NCBI GenBank assembly: GCA_951406725.2
Contig: OX597830.1
Span: forward strand, 53,878,001 to 53,942,000
Origin: Octopus vulgaris
Taxonomy: Eukaryota
Length of the DNA: 64,000 bases
Direction of reading: 5' to 3'
A program made the translations under genes and the position numbers. The first letter of the stretch is position 1. Each line of letters begins with the position of its first letter. The notes beneath the pieces are model-generated. The model saw nothing but the letters and a program-made list of their open reading frames with translations, did no database searches and had not been told where the DNA came from. Of the stretch, positions 1-13,365 are shown in pieces.

Positions 1-545
1 CTGTGAACAGTGTAAAGGCTGTAAGATGTGATATGGATAGCTGCAACACTGGCTATGAAGCTGTGGCCATCAAGATTTGACACGGTAGGCATTCTGACTG
101 CATCCACATACCAGAGTTCATCCAACAACTTGGGAACAGGGACTTAGGTTTAATTCAGACAGTTGTGTGTAGTTGCTTGAGACTAGTCAAAGCCTGGCTG
201 GAGAGGATTGCTGCTAGAAGGCCTTATGTGTGGCAGCAGGATTTGGCTCCTTGTCATGCCACTGAAAAGAGCTAGAGGTGGTTGTTGGAGAATTTCTAGG
301 ATCCCTTCAGCCCCAATTTCTGGACTGCTAATTTCTTTGATTGCAATCAAGTGGATTACTATGTGTAGAGTGCGATTGAGAAAAAAGTCAACCATTTTGC
401 TTGCAACTCGTTGGTTGAACTAGTGGCCTAGATCAAGGAGGTGTTTGCAGATCTTCTCTCAGAGTCACAGTGAGGAATGCATGCACCATATTCTGGAGCC
501 ATCATGAGGCTGTCGTGGGAGCTGAGGGCAGCTACTTTATGTAAA
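1..545 (+). mobile_element. Decayed Tc1/mariner DD37D (maT-like) transposase fragment
   Basis: Reads VKAWLERIAARRPYVWQQDLAPCH...NFWTANFFDCNQVDYYV* with stops; 37 residues between the last two catalytic Asp. Confidence 0.85.
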
Positions 546-620
546 GTATTTATCTCTCAGCAATAATCTAGTTTACATATACATATATACGTGTATACAC
601 ACACGTGTGTGTGTGTGTGT

Positions 621-778
621 GTATGGTAAGAAGCTTGCTTCCCAACCACATGGTTCTGGGTTCAGTCCCACTGCATGGCACCTTTGGTAACTCTCTTCTA
701 CTATTGTCTTGGGCTGACCGAAGCCTTGTGAGTAGATTTGGTAGATGGAAACTGAAAGAAGCCCATCGTGTATATGTA

Positions 779-823
<45 letters not shown>

Positions 824-1063
824 ACACACACATGTATACAATGGGCTTTTTTCAGTTTCTGTCTACCAAATATATGTGTGTGTTTGTGTGTATGTGTATC
901 TATGTATGTGTTTACCTCCCTGTAACTTAGTGGTTCAGCAAAAGAGACTAATAAAACAAGTACTAGGCTTAAAAAGTTGTGGATTGATTTGTTCAGCAAA
1001 AATCCTCCAAGGCGGTGCTCCAGCATGGCTGCAGTCAATTGACTGAAACAAGTAAGAATAAAA
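621..1063 (+). mobile_element. tRNA-derived CORE-like SINE (family A) with internal TA/CA microsatellite
   Basis: A-box/B-box head (tggtaagaagc...ggttcagtcc), CORE-like ggcacctt..., tail ggtgctccagcatggc...gactgaaacaagtaa; at least nine similar copies in the window. Confidence 0.85.
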
Positions 1064-1171
1064 AATATATATGTATGTATGTATATATATACATATATAA
1101 GCAGTGCCCCAGCATGGCCACAGTCCAATAACTGAAATGAGTAAGAGGTAAAAGATATATATTTGTGCTTG

Positions 1172-1213
<42 letters not shown>

Positions 1214-1429
1214 TACATGCAATCACACACACACACATACACATATATATATGTATATATATATTGATAGGTAAACAGCTTCACCAGTGATCATCAAAGT
1301 TGTATTTACAACTTTATACTTATTATGGAGATTCTAATGATGGTGTCTGACCTCAACGATTTCTGGCTGTGTCAGTACCATAAAATAATAAATCACTGGA
1401 CTAAGTTCTTTGTAGTGTCTTCATAACAG

Positions 1430-1693
1430 AGATGCGTTTTAATACATTCATAGATGCATGTACACATACACGCACACAGATATGTGAATACACAGATGAA
1501 TATATGTATGTACATGTGCAAAGATACACACACACACAAACACACACATATGTATGTATATTTGTACACATACAAATACATGCACATGTGTACACACACA
1601 TACACACACACACACATATATATATATGAGTGTGTAAACAAATGAAAGTAACCCTCAAAATATTATATATGTATGTGTGTGTGTGTGTGTGTG

Positions 1694-1737
<44 letters not shown>

Positions 1738-1812
1738 TGTGTATATATGTATGTATGTAGGTATGTATGTATATATATATATATACATTGTGTATATATG
1801 TATGTATGTAGG

Positions 1813-1853
<41 letters not shown>

Positions 1854-1960
1854 ATGTATTTATGTATATATATTACATAGATTAAACATACATATATGCG
1901 TATGTATATGAGTAGAATATTAGATACATTCATGTATACACATGTACATATTTGTATATG
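1430..1960. repeat. Compound CA/TA/TATG microsatellite with a higher-order duplication
   Basis: Direct reading; tatacattgtgtatatatgtatgtatgtaggtatg occurs twice. Confidence 0.9.
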
Positions 1961-1979
1961 CAGCAACATCTAATACACT

Positions 1980-2560
1980 TCTCTACGAAAAACATATCAA
2001 TGCCAACTAAAAGCATTACCTGAAAACACTACTACGAAAAACAGGAAACTTTATCAAAAGACTCAGATGGGAAATTTATCGTTATGAAAAAGATGAAGAA
2101 GACAGCCCACCAACAGCTATGGATTTAAGATGGTCAAATGCTCACCTCTCCCAACCCATTGCTACAACCCTTCAGAGATGACCTATTCACAATGATCAAG
2201 GGAATAAAATTCAACAAGTGAACCAATGAACTGCAGAAAGCACTGAAGCAGAAAATCAACCACATATAAACATATATTTGTAAAACTGGACAAGACAAAC
2301 AACCTCTACCAGATAAGTCAAACTACATATAACTGTTTTCTTTCTAACTGAATCTCCAACACATATGAAAAATAAAATTTGCAGCTTTAAATGATATAAA
2401 AACTACAGCCAAAGAAACCACCACTAGACTTAAAATAGATAATAGAGTAGACACATTAAAATCAAAATGCCTATATATTACAATGAAAGACCACAAACCA
2501 AATTTCAATAGCAACACATCCATCAGACGTAAATCCTTCAAAACTGGAATTATTTATAAA
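1980..2560 (+). mobile_element. Penelope-like element N-terminal/RT fragment (Naiad/Chlamys-type motifs), decayed
   Basis: Frameshifted motifs KTGNFIKRLRW, YGFK, PFRDDLFTMIKGIKF, DKTNNLY, LKIDNRVD, YITMKDHKPNF. Confidence 0.75.
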
Positions 2561-3175
2561 AAAAATTGTAGAAACTTCTCACCAAAAATGAAAACAAAAG
2601 TCGCTATTACTTCTTTGGAGAAACATATACAAAATAATATATTGGTTTTAAAAGATTCCAAGCAAAAACGAATGCCATTTTATCCAGTTTGACATCAGAG
2701 ATTATTACATGACAATATAATGTAATATATACATGCATATATACATATATATATATGTACATACCTACATATACTGTATATGTATATATACTTGCATATA
2801 TGGGTACAGGACATCAAAAGAACATTGAACACAATGAGAAACGAAAACAGAAAAACAAAAACATAGAAACGAAATTTATTTTGGACAACAAAAAAACAAA
2901 CAAACAGAGAAACAAAACATACAACATAAAGCATATTCTCCTTCTTCAGTTGTCCCTGTTTCATCTACTCCATGTTTCGACGGCAAGGACAATACACGAC
3001 TTCATTGAAACAGTCCTTCCCGCAAAGCAAATTAAATATAATTTGGGATTTTTTGAGGAGGGGGAAAGTGGTAACAAGAACAGGACAGTGAAAACAAAAC
3101 AGTAAAAACAAACGGTGAGGGCTGTTAAGCTAAAAAGATAGAAAAATTATTATGAATGCTTATATATATTCTGAA

Positions 3176-3226
<51 letters not shown>

Positions 3227-3971
3227 CACACACAGACAGACAGACAGATACATAATACAGACACACGCATGCATGCACACACACACACACACACATGCAT
3301 ACACACCAATTATTCTCCAAGTCAAATGTCAATGTGAAACTCTTCCATCATTAAAAAAAATAAATAAATATTTATCTCCAATATTTCTATTTTCTAAAAA
3401 AAAACAACTATTTTTGTTTTAAATTTAAAAAAAAAATAGATCAACAAAATACTTTTTGTTGAAATTACATTTTCATTTTTTAAATTCTACTTTCGATTTG
3501 CCATTCTTATTATTTATAATTTAATACACTGTGTTATGTTATTCTATGTTTTTTGCGGGGTGGATTATTTACTTTCGGGTGGCCAGAGTAGTTTATTGTT
3601 AATTTTTGAGACTCTTTACAGCTGAATGAAACTTGAAATATCCTTTTATTACATTCTGAATTTTTTAATTTTATATATTTCTTTCTCTTTTTGACTTTGT
3701 ATTTTTATGTTTTATTCTTTTTTTTATGTTTTCCAATATTGAATAATTATGAAATTAAATTGAATAAATTGAAACTTTAAATTTGTTTCTTAATTGAAAC
3801 TTTAATGTTATTATTGTCAATGATTGTTGGTTTTGTAGTTGTAATCATTGCAGTCATTGTTGTTGGTATCATTGTTGTTGTTGTTATTTTTGTTATTACT
3901 GTTAGAATTCTCTTTATTGTTGAATTTATTATCATTGTTCATGTTATTATCATTATCATTATTATTATTAT

Positions 3972-4525
3972 TGAGTGAGAGAGTAGTGCATGCCATCAAA
4001 GTAACACTGGGGTAAAATATACGAAGCCCAGTATACCCATCATGACTACCCGTCTGATAAGGGTACACAAGGCACATGCATCACAACCATATGTGCACGA
4101 CATGATGATCTCATATCAAAATAAGCACATGACTTTGCAGGTGGGGCCCAGTTAGAATTTTCTCCTGGTCGAGTAGCCCGTCCAGCTCAAAAGGTCCTTG
4201 AATAAGGATTGTTTAAGGATGTTGAACGAACCACCCGTGTTTCCAAAGGTGAATTATCCAAACCTCCAAGAATTCCTTTCAACACACGGCTATGATGCTC
4301 CCCCACTACTTCTGCTCATGAACAGAGATGCACATATCGTCAGCCACTAAGGGACATGGTCAACTGGTTAAGGTCAAACAACTGACAAGAAAATCTGTGG
4401 TTTTGAGCAGAATATTTGCTGTAGCCCATCTTTTATACCAAGAGAAAACAATGTATGTGATAACACTTCCAATCAGTTAAGATCAGAAGCCATGAGAGCC
4501 ACTGTCTGGTACTGCATCAGGGCAT
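3972..4525 (-). mobile_element. ~550-bp non-coding interspersed element embedded in (TTA/TAA)n
   Basis: Similar copies at 20392-20858 and 21447-21915; no ORF, no TIR; both ends flanked by TTA repeats. Strand is inferred. Confidence 0.8.
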
Positions 4526-4533
4526 TATTATCA

Positions 4534-4604
<71 letters not shown>

Positions 4605-4607
4605 TCA

Positions 4608-4800
4608 AGGTATTAAGTCAGCAGAATCATTAGTATGCCAGACAAAAGGCTTAGTAGCATTTTCTCCAGCTTTATGTTCTTCGTTCAAATTTTGCCAAGG
4701 TTGACTTTACCATTCATCCTTTTGAGATCAATAAAATAAGTACCAATTGAGCACTGGGATCGATATAATTGACTTCCCCTCTCCCACAAAATTTCAGGCC
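4608..4800 (+). mobile_element. SINE family B (Meta/MESC-like central domain), tail type 1
   Basis: gcagaatcattag head, gttcaaat, ttcatccttt...gatcaataaaataagtacca central motif, aaaatttcaggcc tail. Confidence 0.75.
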
Positions 4801-4989
4801 GAACCTGTCCAAGATGCATGTAGGGGGACGGAAAGGTGATGGATGCAATTGTTTAGTGTCCATGCATCGAACTAAACCCCATCTGTTTGGTTGTTGAATC
4901 TCATGCTTTGATATTGCCCTTCATGTTTTGAGCCCTTGTGGCTAATAAAAGAAATCATCACCATTGTTGTTATTCTTTTTGCTTTTTTA

Positions 4990-6365
4990 CTCAGGAGGAT
5001 TCTTATAACCTGGTCACTTTTCTGCTGCAGTGGCAGGCTACAGCTGGTAGCCTTAGATGTCAAGCAGCCTTCTCCAAGCCTTTTCAATTCCCTTTAGTCA
5101 TTCAGATCATCAAGGGCACTTTGTAATATTTTTGCTGTTCCCAATAAGCAAACTCTTCACAATAGCTCTGTCTCTCAATCCACTTCAATTTTTTCTATCT
5201 AATTTGCAATGGTGTCCTTCAATGTCTCTAATGCTCCTATACTCTTTACTTGTTTCAGTCATTTGACTGCCGCCATGCTGGAGCACCGCCTTTAGTCGAG
5301 AAAATCGACCCCAGGACTTACTCTTTGGAAGCCTAGTATTTATTCTATCGGTCTCTTTTGCTGAACTGCTAAGTTACTGGGATGTAAACACACCAGCATC
5401 AGTTGTTAAGCGATGTTGGGGGGACAAACACAGACACACAAACATACACACACACACACACACACACATATATATGACGAGCTTCTTTCAGTTTCTGTCT
5501 ACCAAATCCACTCACAAGGCTTTGGTTGGCCCGAGGCTATAGTAGAAGACACTTGCCCAAGGTGCCACACTGTGGGAATTAACCCAGAACCATGTGGTTG
5601 GTAAGCAAGCTACTTACCACACAGCCTCTTGGTATGATAGTTACCTTCTTCATTTTCCAAATCCTAATAATTTCATACTTAAAATTGTTATTATTTGTCA
5701 ACTTTTCTGCTTCTTTACTTTCTATTTGTGTATTGAACAGACATAATGGAGCAATGATGAGATACCTTGAATGAATTTTATCAATAACCATGATGTCAGA
5801 TTTGTTTTGCTCCAAGCTTTTATCCAGCTAGTCGTGACAACCCTCTGCTTCAAATATTCCATCAGGTTGGTGCTCATGTCACATCTTCCAATACTGAAAC
5901 CCCCATTTCTAGCAAAGTTTCTAATGCATAACCCTAGTAACTTGATCATGTCAGCACTTCTTGTACTCTCTGTGTGTAAGCATCAGACATTCAGAAACTA
6001 AAAGGGGCCATCATTTCATTCTAAATACCACATAGTCTACATAGGTGATGTTGCTTCTCCAAACACATGCCTACTCTTGGCATTTGGTATAATAGATTGG
6101 TCCTGAGCTGCTACTATGGTAATCACATGCAAGAATTGCTTAGTGGGAGTGTATGAGAGTATGAAAATGATGCGAAGACGGGCTAGCAATGTTTCAGTTA
6201 CTTATTTAGATATATTTACCTGAGCTCCATTATAAGAATTTATGCTCCATTTTCAAATTTTATTAATTTCAACTTTGTTATTCATTCTAGAGTTGATGTC
6301 AAACCTCTTCCTTAAAAATTTGTGGTCTTCAGTCAAAGTTAGAAAGCCTTCTTCTTTTTCTTTCT
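4990..6365 (-). mobile_element. R4/Dong-clade non-LTR retrotransposon 3' part (CCHC + RLE endonuclease), interrupted by a SINE
   Basis: AAQDQ...RLCG...SEC...EYKK.HDQV zinc knuckle; NKSDIMVIDK...KEAEK...EIIRIWKMKKVTIIP [SINE] GAL...LLGTAKIL. Confidence 0.8.
5243..5627 (-). mobile_element. SINE family A inserted in the RLE domain of the R4/Dong LINE
   Basis: Reverse complement of family A; LINE motifs resume on both sides. Confidence 0.9.
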
Positions 6366-6369
6366 TGCA

Positions 6370-6438
6370 ATGGTGGTGGTGATGGTTGTAATGATGATGA
6401 TGATGATGGTGGTGTTGTTGTTGGTGGTGATGATTGTA

Positions 6439-6470
<32 letters not shown>

Positions 6471-6890
6471 GGTGTTGTTGGTGGTGGTGTTGTTGTTGGT
6501 GGTGGTGTTGGTGGTGGTGATGGTTGTAATGATGATGATGATGGTGTTGGTGCTGATGATGGTGGTGATGGTTATAATGATGATGATGATGGTGTTGTTG
6601 TTGGTGGTAGTGGTGGTGGTGATGGTTGTAATGATGATGATGATGATGGTGGTAGTGGTGTTGGTGGTGGTGGTGGTGATGATGATGATGATGACTGGTG
6701 GCTACGGAAATTTATGATAGGGTGGTGGCAGTGCTGGTATATGGCTATGGTTGTGGTGGCAGTGGAAATGATAGGGTGTTGTTGGTGTTAAAGATGTTAG
6801 TGATAGTAGTTGTGGTGATGATGACAACAATGATGGTGGTGGTTGTGATGATGGTGAGGATGCCACTGTTACCTATAACAATGATGGTTA
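6370..6890. repeat. Compound GAT/GGT/GTT trinucleotide repeat
   Basis: Direct reading; recurring ggtgatggttgtaatgatgatg module. Confidence 0.9.
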
Positions 6891-7774
6891 TCTCAAAAGA
6901 AGGAAAAAAAGAAAGGAAGAAAAATACAATCAAGTAAGCTAAACCCCAGCTGGTCAAATATTCCCCCATTCACCTAAATATAAATTGACTCCCCAGTTCC
7001 TGGTTCTGTCAATGTTTTCTATAGTGATTGATTTATTGATGCTTTTAATTTGAAAAAAACCCAAAAAAAACAAAAAAAACAACAAAAATTCTTGTGGAAT
7101 CGATAGAAATAGAGAAATGAATGAAATGTGTATCTTTTTCAATTACATCGTTTTTATACAAAACGTGTATGCGTATAGATGTGTGTGCATGTGTGTGCTT
7201 GTGTATGTGTGTATGTATATGTGTATATATACATGTATGTATGTTTGTATTTGTGTGTATATGTGTACATGTTTGTGTGTCTGCATGTGTGTATGTATGT
7301 GTATGTGTATGTAAGTTTGTGTGTTATATGAGTGTATGTGTGTATGTACATGTGCATGTTTGTGCATATGTGTGTGTTTGTATGGGTGTGTGTATGTGTT
7401 TTGTATGTGTGTATGTGTGTGTATGTGTGTGCATGTGTGTGTGCTTGAATGTATGTCTGTGTGATTGTGTGTGTATGTACAAGTATGTGTATGTATATGT
7501 GTGTATGTGTGAACATGGTACGTGTGTGAGCACATGTGAACGGATCATCATTATCATCATTATTCTCATTGTTGTTATCAGCATCATCATCACTGCTACC
7601 ATGGCTGTCATTCTTGTCTTCATTGCCACCATTGTCCCTGCTGCTGCCACCACCACCGCCGCCTAGCGTAACTAGGTTGGAGATGCAAGGGAAGGGATGG
7701 TGGTTTGTTCTGGGTGATTGGATGGTACTTTAATGGCGGCAGCACTTTTGGGTCTGTGGCGAAAGCCTCTATAG

Positions 7775-8491
<717 letters not shown>

Positions 8492-8589
8492 CTCTATAGG
8501 CTGTATTAGCCTGGTGTATGTGTATGTGCCGTGAGGCAGCAAACTCAAGAGCTGTTCTAGATACACCACTCATTGAAGCATTGGATAGA

Positions 8590-9030
8590 TATAATGATTA
8601 GAGCATTGGAGAAAATGCCTTGTGGTATTTAGTTACTGTCTCATACTTTCAAAGTTCAAAACCTGCCGTGGACGACTTTGCTTTTCATCTTATTGAAGAT
8701 CACTAAAATAAAGTGGGGGACGTATACTTGGGCAATGTAATTAATTGACTAAGCCCTCATCACAAAACTGTTCCATTTTTGCCCAAATCTCAATGAATCA
8801 GAAAGGCGGTGAGGTGGCAAAATCAATAGAGCTTTTGTAAAAAAGTGTTTGTGATATTTCTTTTAACTTTTTACATTCTGAGTTCAAATCTCGCCTAGGC
8901 CATCTTTGGCCTTCATTCTTTCATAAAGTACCTGTCAAATATTATGGCTATTGATATTGACTAATCTCTTCCCTCAAAAAATTGCTGACCTTGTTTCTGA
9001 ATTAAAGACTTTATATTATTAATATTATTA
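8590..9030 (+). mobile_element. Two diverged tandem SINE family B copies
   Basis: gttcaaa...gactttgcttttcatc motif occurs twice; ends in ttattatt. Confidence 0.65.
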
Positions 9031-9444
9031 AGGTTATTTATTAGTAAAGGAAATAGCATTTTTTTTTCACACCTCAATTAACATATGTTGCGCTTCAAAT
9101 GTTTTTCCTTTGTTCTAAGATCTCAGATAAAACACAGAAATGGTATCTAAAAGAGCAGCAAACAGAGACAACAACAATAACAACAATGCCAGCAACAAAA
9201 AACAGCAGCAATAACAACAACAACAACAGCTACAGTAACAACATAACAAAAACAACATCAACAGCAATAATAATAACAACCATGACAATGTCAAAAGTAA
9301 AGATCATTGAAGTAACAAGTCTTGTGAATTTAACGATCTATTTGTTCTAACAATCTCAGTTCCGCTTAGTTTCTGGGAAATAAACAGATTATCTCCTAGA
9401 GAAACCAAATTAGATTTTTGCTGCCCCCATCTCTTTCTTCACCT

Positions 9445-9487
<43 letters not shown>

Positions 9488-9494
<7 letters not shown>

Positions 9495-9798
9495 ATCACG
9501 TGACCGACCAGACGATCAGATGTTGCTACACATCGCTGGTCACAATGCGTTCGCATTGTTTTAGCCTTCGAATGACGCCACCCCGCTGGCTAAGCGAGCA
9601 GGCCAACAGACGAAAGAGTGAGAGAAAGAGTGGTGAAAGAGTACAGCAGGGATCACCACCCCCTGCCAGAGCATCGTGGAGCCTTTTTTTTTTAGGTGTT
9701 TTCGCTCAATAAACACACACAATGCCCGGTCTGGGAATCGAAACCGCGATCCTACGACCACGAGTCCGCTGCCCTAACCACTAGGCCATTGCGCCTCC

Positions 9799-9800
<2 letters not shown>
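9488..9800 (-). mobile_element. tRNA(Arg)-like SINE family C, tail variant B
   Basis: Head ggaggcgcaatggcctagtggttagggcagcggactcg...ggtttcgattcc on minus strand; CpG-rich, so probably young. Confidence 0.85.
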
Positions 9801-9833
<33 letters not shown>

Positions 9834-9862
9834 TACACACACACACACACATACATATATAT

Positions 9863-10247
9863 TGTGGCACTTCGTCAGTTGCAATGATGAGAGTTCCAGC
9901 TGATCCAATCAACGGAACAGCCTGCTCATAAAATTAATGTATAAGTGGCTGAGCACTCCACAGACACGTGTACCCTTAACATAGTCCTTGGGGTGATTCA
10001 GCATGACACAGAGTGTGACAAGACTGGCCCTTTGGAATACAGGTACAACAGAAACAGGAAGAAAGAGTGAGAGAAAGTAGTGGTGAAAGAGTACAGCAGG
10101 GTTCGCCACCACCCCATGCCGGAGGCTCATGGAGCTTTAGGTTTTTTTGTTCAATAAACAACACTCACAGCGCCTGGTCTGGGAATCGAAATCGTGATCC
10201 TACAACCATGAGTCTGCTACTCTAATCACTGGGCCATTGTGCATCCA
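9863..10247 (-). mobile_element. SINE family C, tail variant A
   Basis: Matches the 47291-47672 copy along its length. Confidence 0.85.
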
Positions 10248-10299
10248 CACACACACAAGGTCTGATCACATGGTTTCTAAAACTCCAAGGAGGGTAGTC

Positions 10300-11050
10300 A
10301 CATAAAATTTCGAACAACAAGTAATGTTTTTAATCTGACCAGGCTGAAATTCAAAACAAAGGTTTTTACTTCACTCATTAGGGAACTTTTATACGCTAAC
10401 AATTGCGATCTTGTCAGTCATTCTGAAACAGGACTGCAATCTCATATCTGCATTTGACTCAGCTTGTGATGATTTTGGCATGAGCATCAACTTGAAAAAA
10501 ACAGTTGTAATGCATCAACCTGCATGTGGTGCTGTTTGTAACCCCACTAAAACTTTTGTTGAGGGTAAGTTACTTGAGGTTGTCGATTTGTTCATCTACC
10601 TTAGAAGCTCTGTACAAAATGATGGAAATCTTGATATAGAAGTACATCTGTAAATTCAAAGGGCAGCAAAAGCAGTTGGTGGCTTGGAATCACACGTTTA
10701 GTGCCAGTGACATATAAATAAGAATACAAAACAGCACTTTACAAATCATTTGTCTTACCATCCCTATTGTATTCTTGTGAAACATGGACTTGTTATGAAC
10801 CCATGGAAAACGAACCTCCACCAACGATTTTGTCTATATATCTGTGCACACCTTTGAATTCAGTGTATGCCAGTAGGTTTGCTAAGTTAATGGAGGACTC
10901 AAAAGACACTTTAAGATCTACAAAGATCAGAACTTAACTGCAGCTCTTGGTGGTCCGTATCGGATGTGCAATCTATGTGGGTGTCTTTTCAGAACATTGT
11001 CTGGTTTAAAAAGCCACATCAGGTGCCATGCTGGTTCTAAGGTGTAGGAG
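10300..11050 (+). mobile_element. RTE-clade (BovB-like) LINE RT C-terminal fragment
   Basis: FNLTRLKFKTKV..LIRELLYANNC, FDSACDDFGMSINLKKTVVMHQP, LEVVDLFIYL, LLYSCETWT, terminal CNLCG...LSGLKSHIRCH. Confidence 0.85.
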
Positions 11051-11066
11051 GTGGTCAAACTCTGCA

Positions 11067-11483
11067 GGCGTGGCTGTGTGGTAAGAAGCTTGCTTCCCAA
11101 CCACATGATTTCAGATTCAGTCCCATTGCATGGCACCTTGGGCAAGTGTCTTCTACTATATAGCCTTGGGCTGACCTAAGCCTTGTGAGTGGATTGGGTA
11201 GATGGAAACTGAAAGAAGCCTGTCATACACACACACACACATATATATATATATGTATATGTCTATGTATATGTGTCTGTGTTTGTACCTCCATCACCAC
11301 TTGACAACTGGTACTGGGGTGTTTACGTCCCTGTAACTTAGCAGTTCGGCAAAAGAGACTGACAACATAAGTACTAGGTTTAAAAAAAATGTCCTGGGAT
11401 TGATTTGTTCGACTAACCCTTCAAGACAGTGCTCCAGCATGGCTGCAGTCCAATGACTGAAACAAGTAAAAGAATAAAAAGAA
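11067..11483 (+). mobile_element. SINE family A
   Basis: Full head, CORE-like tggcaccttgggcaagtgtc, microsatellite and tail. Confidence 0.9.
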
Positions 11484-11888
11484 TATATACATAAATCTCC
11501 CTTTAGCATTTAAACTGGTCATATTCAGCCAAAATATTCCTACCTGTTTTATTTCTAAAGATAAGTCATCTTAATAACATATTTCTGTGTACCATACATT
11601 TAGCTGTTATCCCTAGCACAACGAGCTTCCCGGTGAGGGCCACATTTGCCTTCATTTCCTGTTTGCTGCTTCAGGAGAAATCCACGGACGCACAAACAGA
11701 GAAAATGAAACAAGCACGGACGACTTGCTCAGAAACACCCGCAAGCGGGGAACAGCTCTCAAAATTAGTCCTCAACTATTCTCCCACCAAATCCCCACGT
11801 CCCCGAAACCAACACAGTCCGAGGTACATTTGTAGAGAAATATCCATTTTCTTGAAAGTCAAGGCGAACCGAAGCGGACTCCGAAACT

Positions 11889-12116
11889 CCCCATCCCAAC
11901 TCCCAAAATACCTTCCCCCAATTTTACATATTTGGAATCTACATGATATGGCATAACTACAAATTCCTGCCCCCCACCTCACTGACTTTGGATGATCATA
12001 ACTTTCAGAAAAATGGATACATTTTAATGAAATTTTCTAAGTATATCTGCCATATCATGTAGATTCCGAAAATACAAAACTTCTGGGGGAAAGTATTTTA
12101 GGAGGAGTGGGTGGGG
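11889..12116. repeat. ~65-bp imperfect inverted repeat, probably DNA-transposon subterminal region
   Basis: ggaatctacatgatatggca (to 11953) vs tgccatatcatgtagattcc (from 12048), with complementary C-rich and G-rich flanks. Confidence 0.75.
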
Positions 12117-12159
12117 AACCTCAGAAAACCCACTGGCGCCCACCCCTCAAGAAAATAGA

Positions 12160-12354
12160 ATTTTCCACAACGAATGATATAGAATGGTTCACCGTCAAAT
12201 GCTGGAAACCTTGATTTTGCATAGAACGGTACGTCACCCATTCGTCGGAGAAAATTATGCTACCTGGGTGGACATGTTGCTGGATAATGGATTCCAAGGT
12301 ATCCATGGACCGGCTATTATCAGGGAACACCGAAAGGAAGCAGTTTGTGAGATT
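12160..12354 (-). mobile_element. Merlin/ISXO2 (IS1595-like) transposase catalytic fragment
   Basis: [39 protein letters not shown]...[11 protein letters not shown]. Confidence 0.85.
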
Positions 12355-12853
12355 TTTTTAAAAGACATTCGAAGGTGTGCGTCAACACAGACAAATATTC
12401 CGTTTATCATTTTGCTGAAGGTCTATGAAGTTTGGCCAGAGGACAATACCCAAGTAGATGGATTCTTATTGGTGTGGTACCACTCTGACTGTGGACAATC
12501 CTATTTATATTTGTCTGGTGTTCTTCAGCACGGATAATGGCACTGCAGGGGTTCTTAGAAAGTTTGAAAAACATTTACCATCTTCATTAAGTGGTCAATA
12601 TTTTTGTGAAGGATTAAGTCCAGTACAAATCCTGTTTGTGGCGTTATATATTAGGATAATCACGTCCGAGTTTAGGTATTTCTGCAAGGAGTGACTGATC
12701 AATTATTTACAATTTTATTCGGTTTTAAAGTTTATTCTGCAGCAATTTGGAATTGAAATCATCAGCTTCCGTTGTCCAGCTTTTTATTCTCTTCAAATTT
12801 TTGATTGAAACCATCATCTTCTTTCGTCCAGCTTCTCATTTTTGAATTTTGAC

Positions 12854-13365
12854 ATGGATATCATGCAATGTCCTCCATTTCATTTACCAGACGTGTTTCG
12901 AACATACACTGACCATGACGGGCCAATTGACTGGTTAAAAAGGTATAGTCTTTTAGCTCAAGCTCATGCCTGTGAGTGTGGCTGCAATTGTTCCTTTGTT
13001 AAATTATCGCAGCATCGAGATGGATATACTTGGAAGTACACTGCTCGACAATGTCGGAAGCGCTATTCCATTAGAAATGGATCGTTTTTCTCTAATAGCC
13101 ACCTATCCTTAGGTATAATACTGCAGTTTCTGTATTGGTGGTCCATTGACGAACCACTAAAAACAATTATGCATGAACTTAATATTGCAAGTTGGTCCAC
13201 TGTGGTGAATTAGGCTAATTTCTGCCGAGACATTATTAACAAACCCGTGGTCGCCATTAACGAATCGAATTCTTCACGCCTGAGAAAATGGCGAGATGCG
13301 CATTACGTCAGCATTTAGGTGTTGGGTGGAATTAAATTGGACAATCCGACGAACTGCTTCCTTTC
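12854..13365 (+). mobile_element. Merlin transposase N-terminal fragment (Zn-ribbon to VLGG)
   Basis: CECG...DGYTWK...CRKRYSIRNGSFFSNSHLSL...FLYWW...STVVN*ANFCRD, then VLGGIKLDNPTNCFL. Confidence 0.85.

Noticed and set aside
2956-3013. Hammerhead-like fold on minus (ctgtttca/tgaaacag stem, GAAAC...GTA)
   Set aside because: The 5' core (ATGAAGT) has no 3:8 pair and stem II does not form.
11603-11618. ctgttatccctag, resembling part of an I-SceI site or mitochondrial 16S rRNA
   Set aside because: The match is only 12-13 nt and does not extend, so it is not a NUMT or vector sequence.
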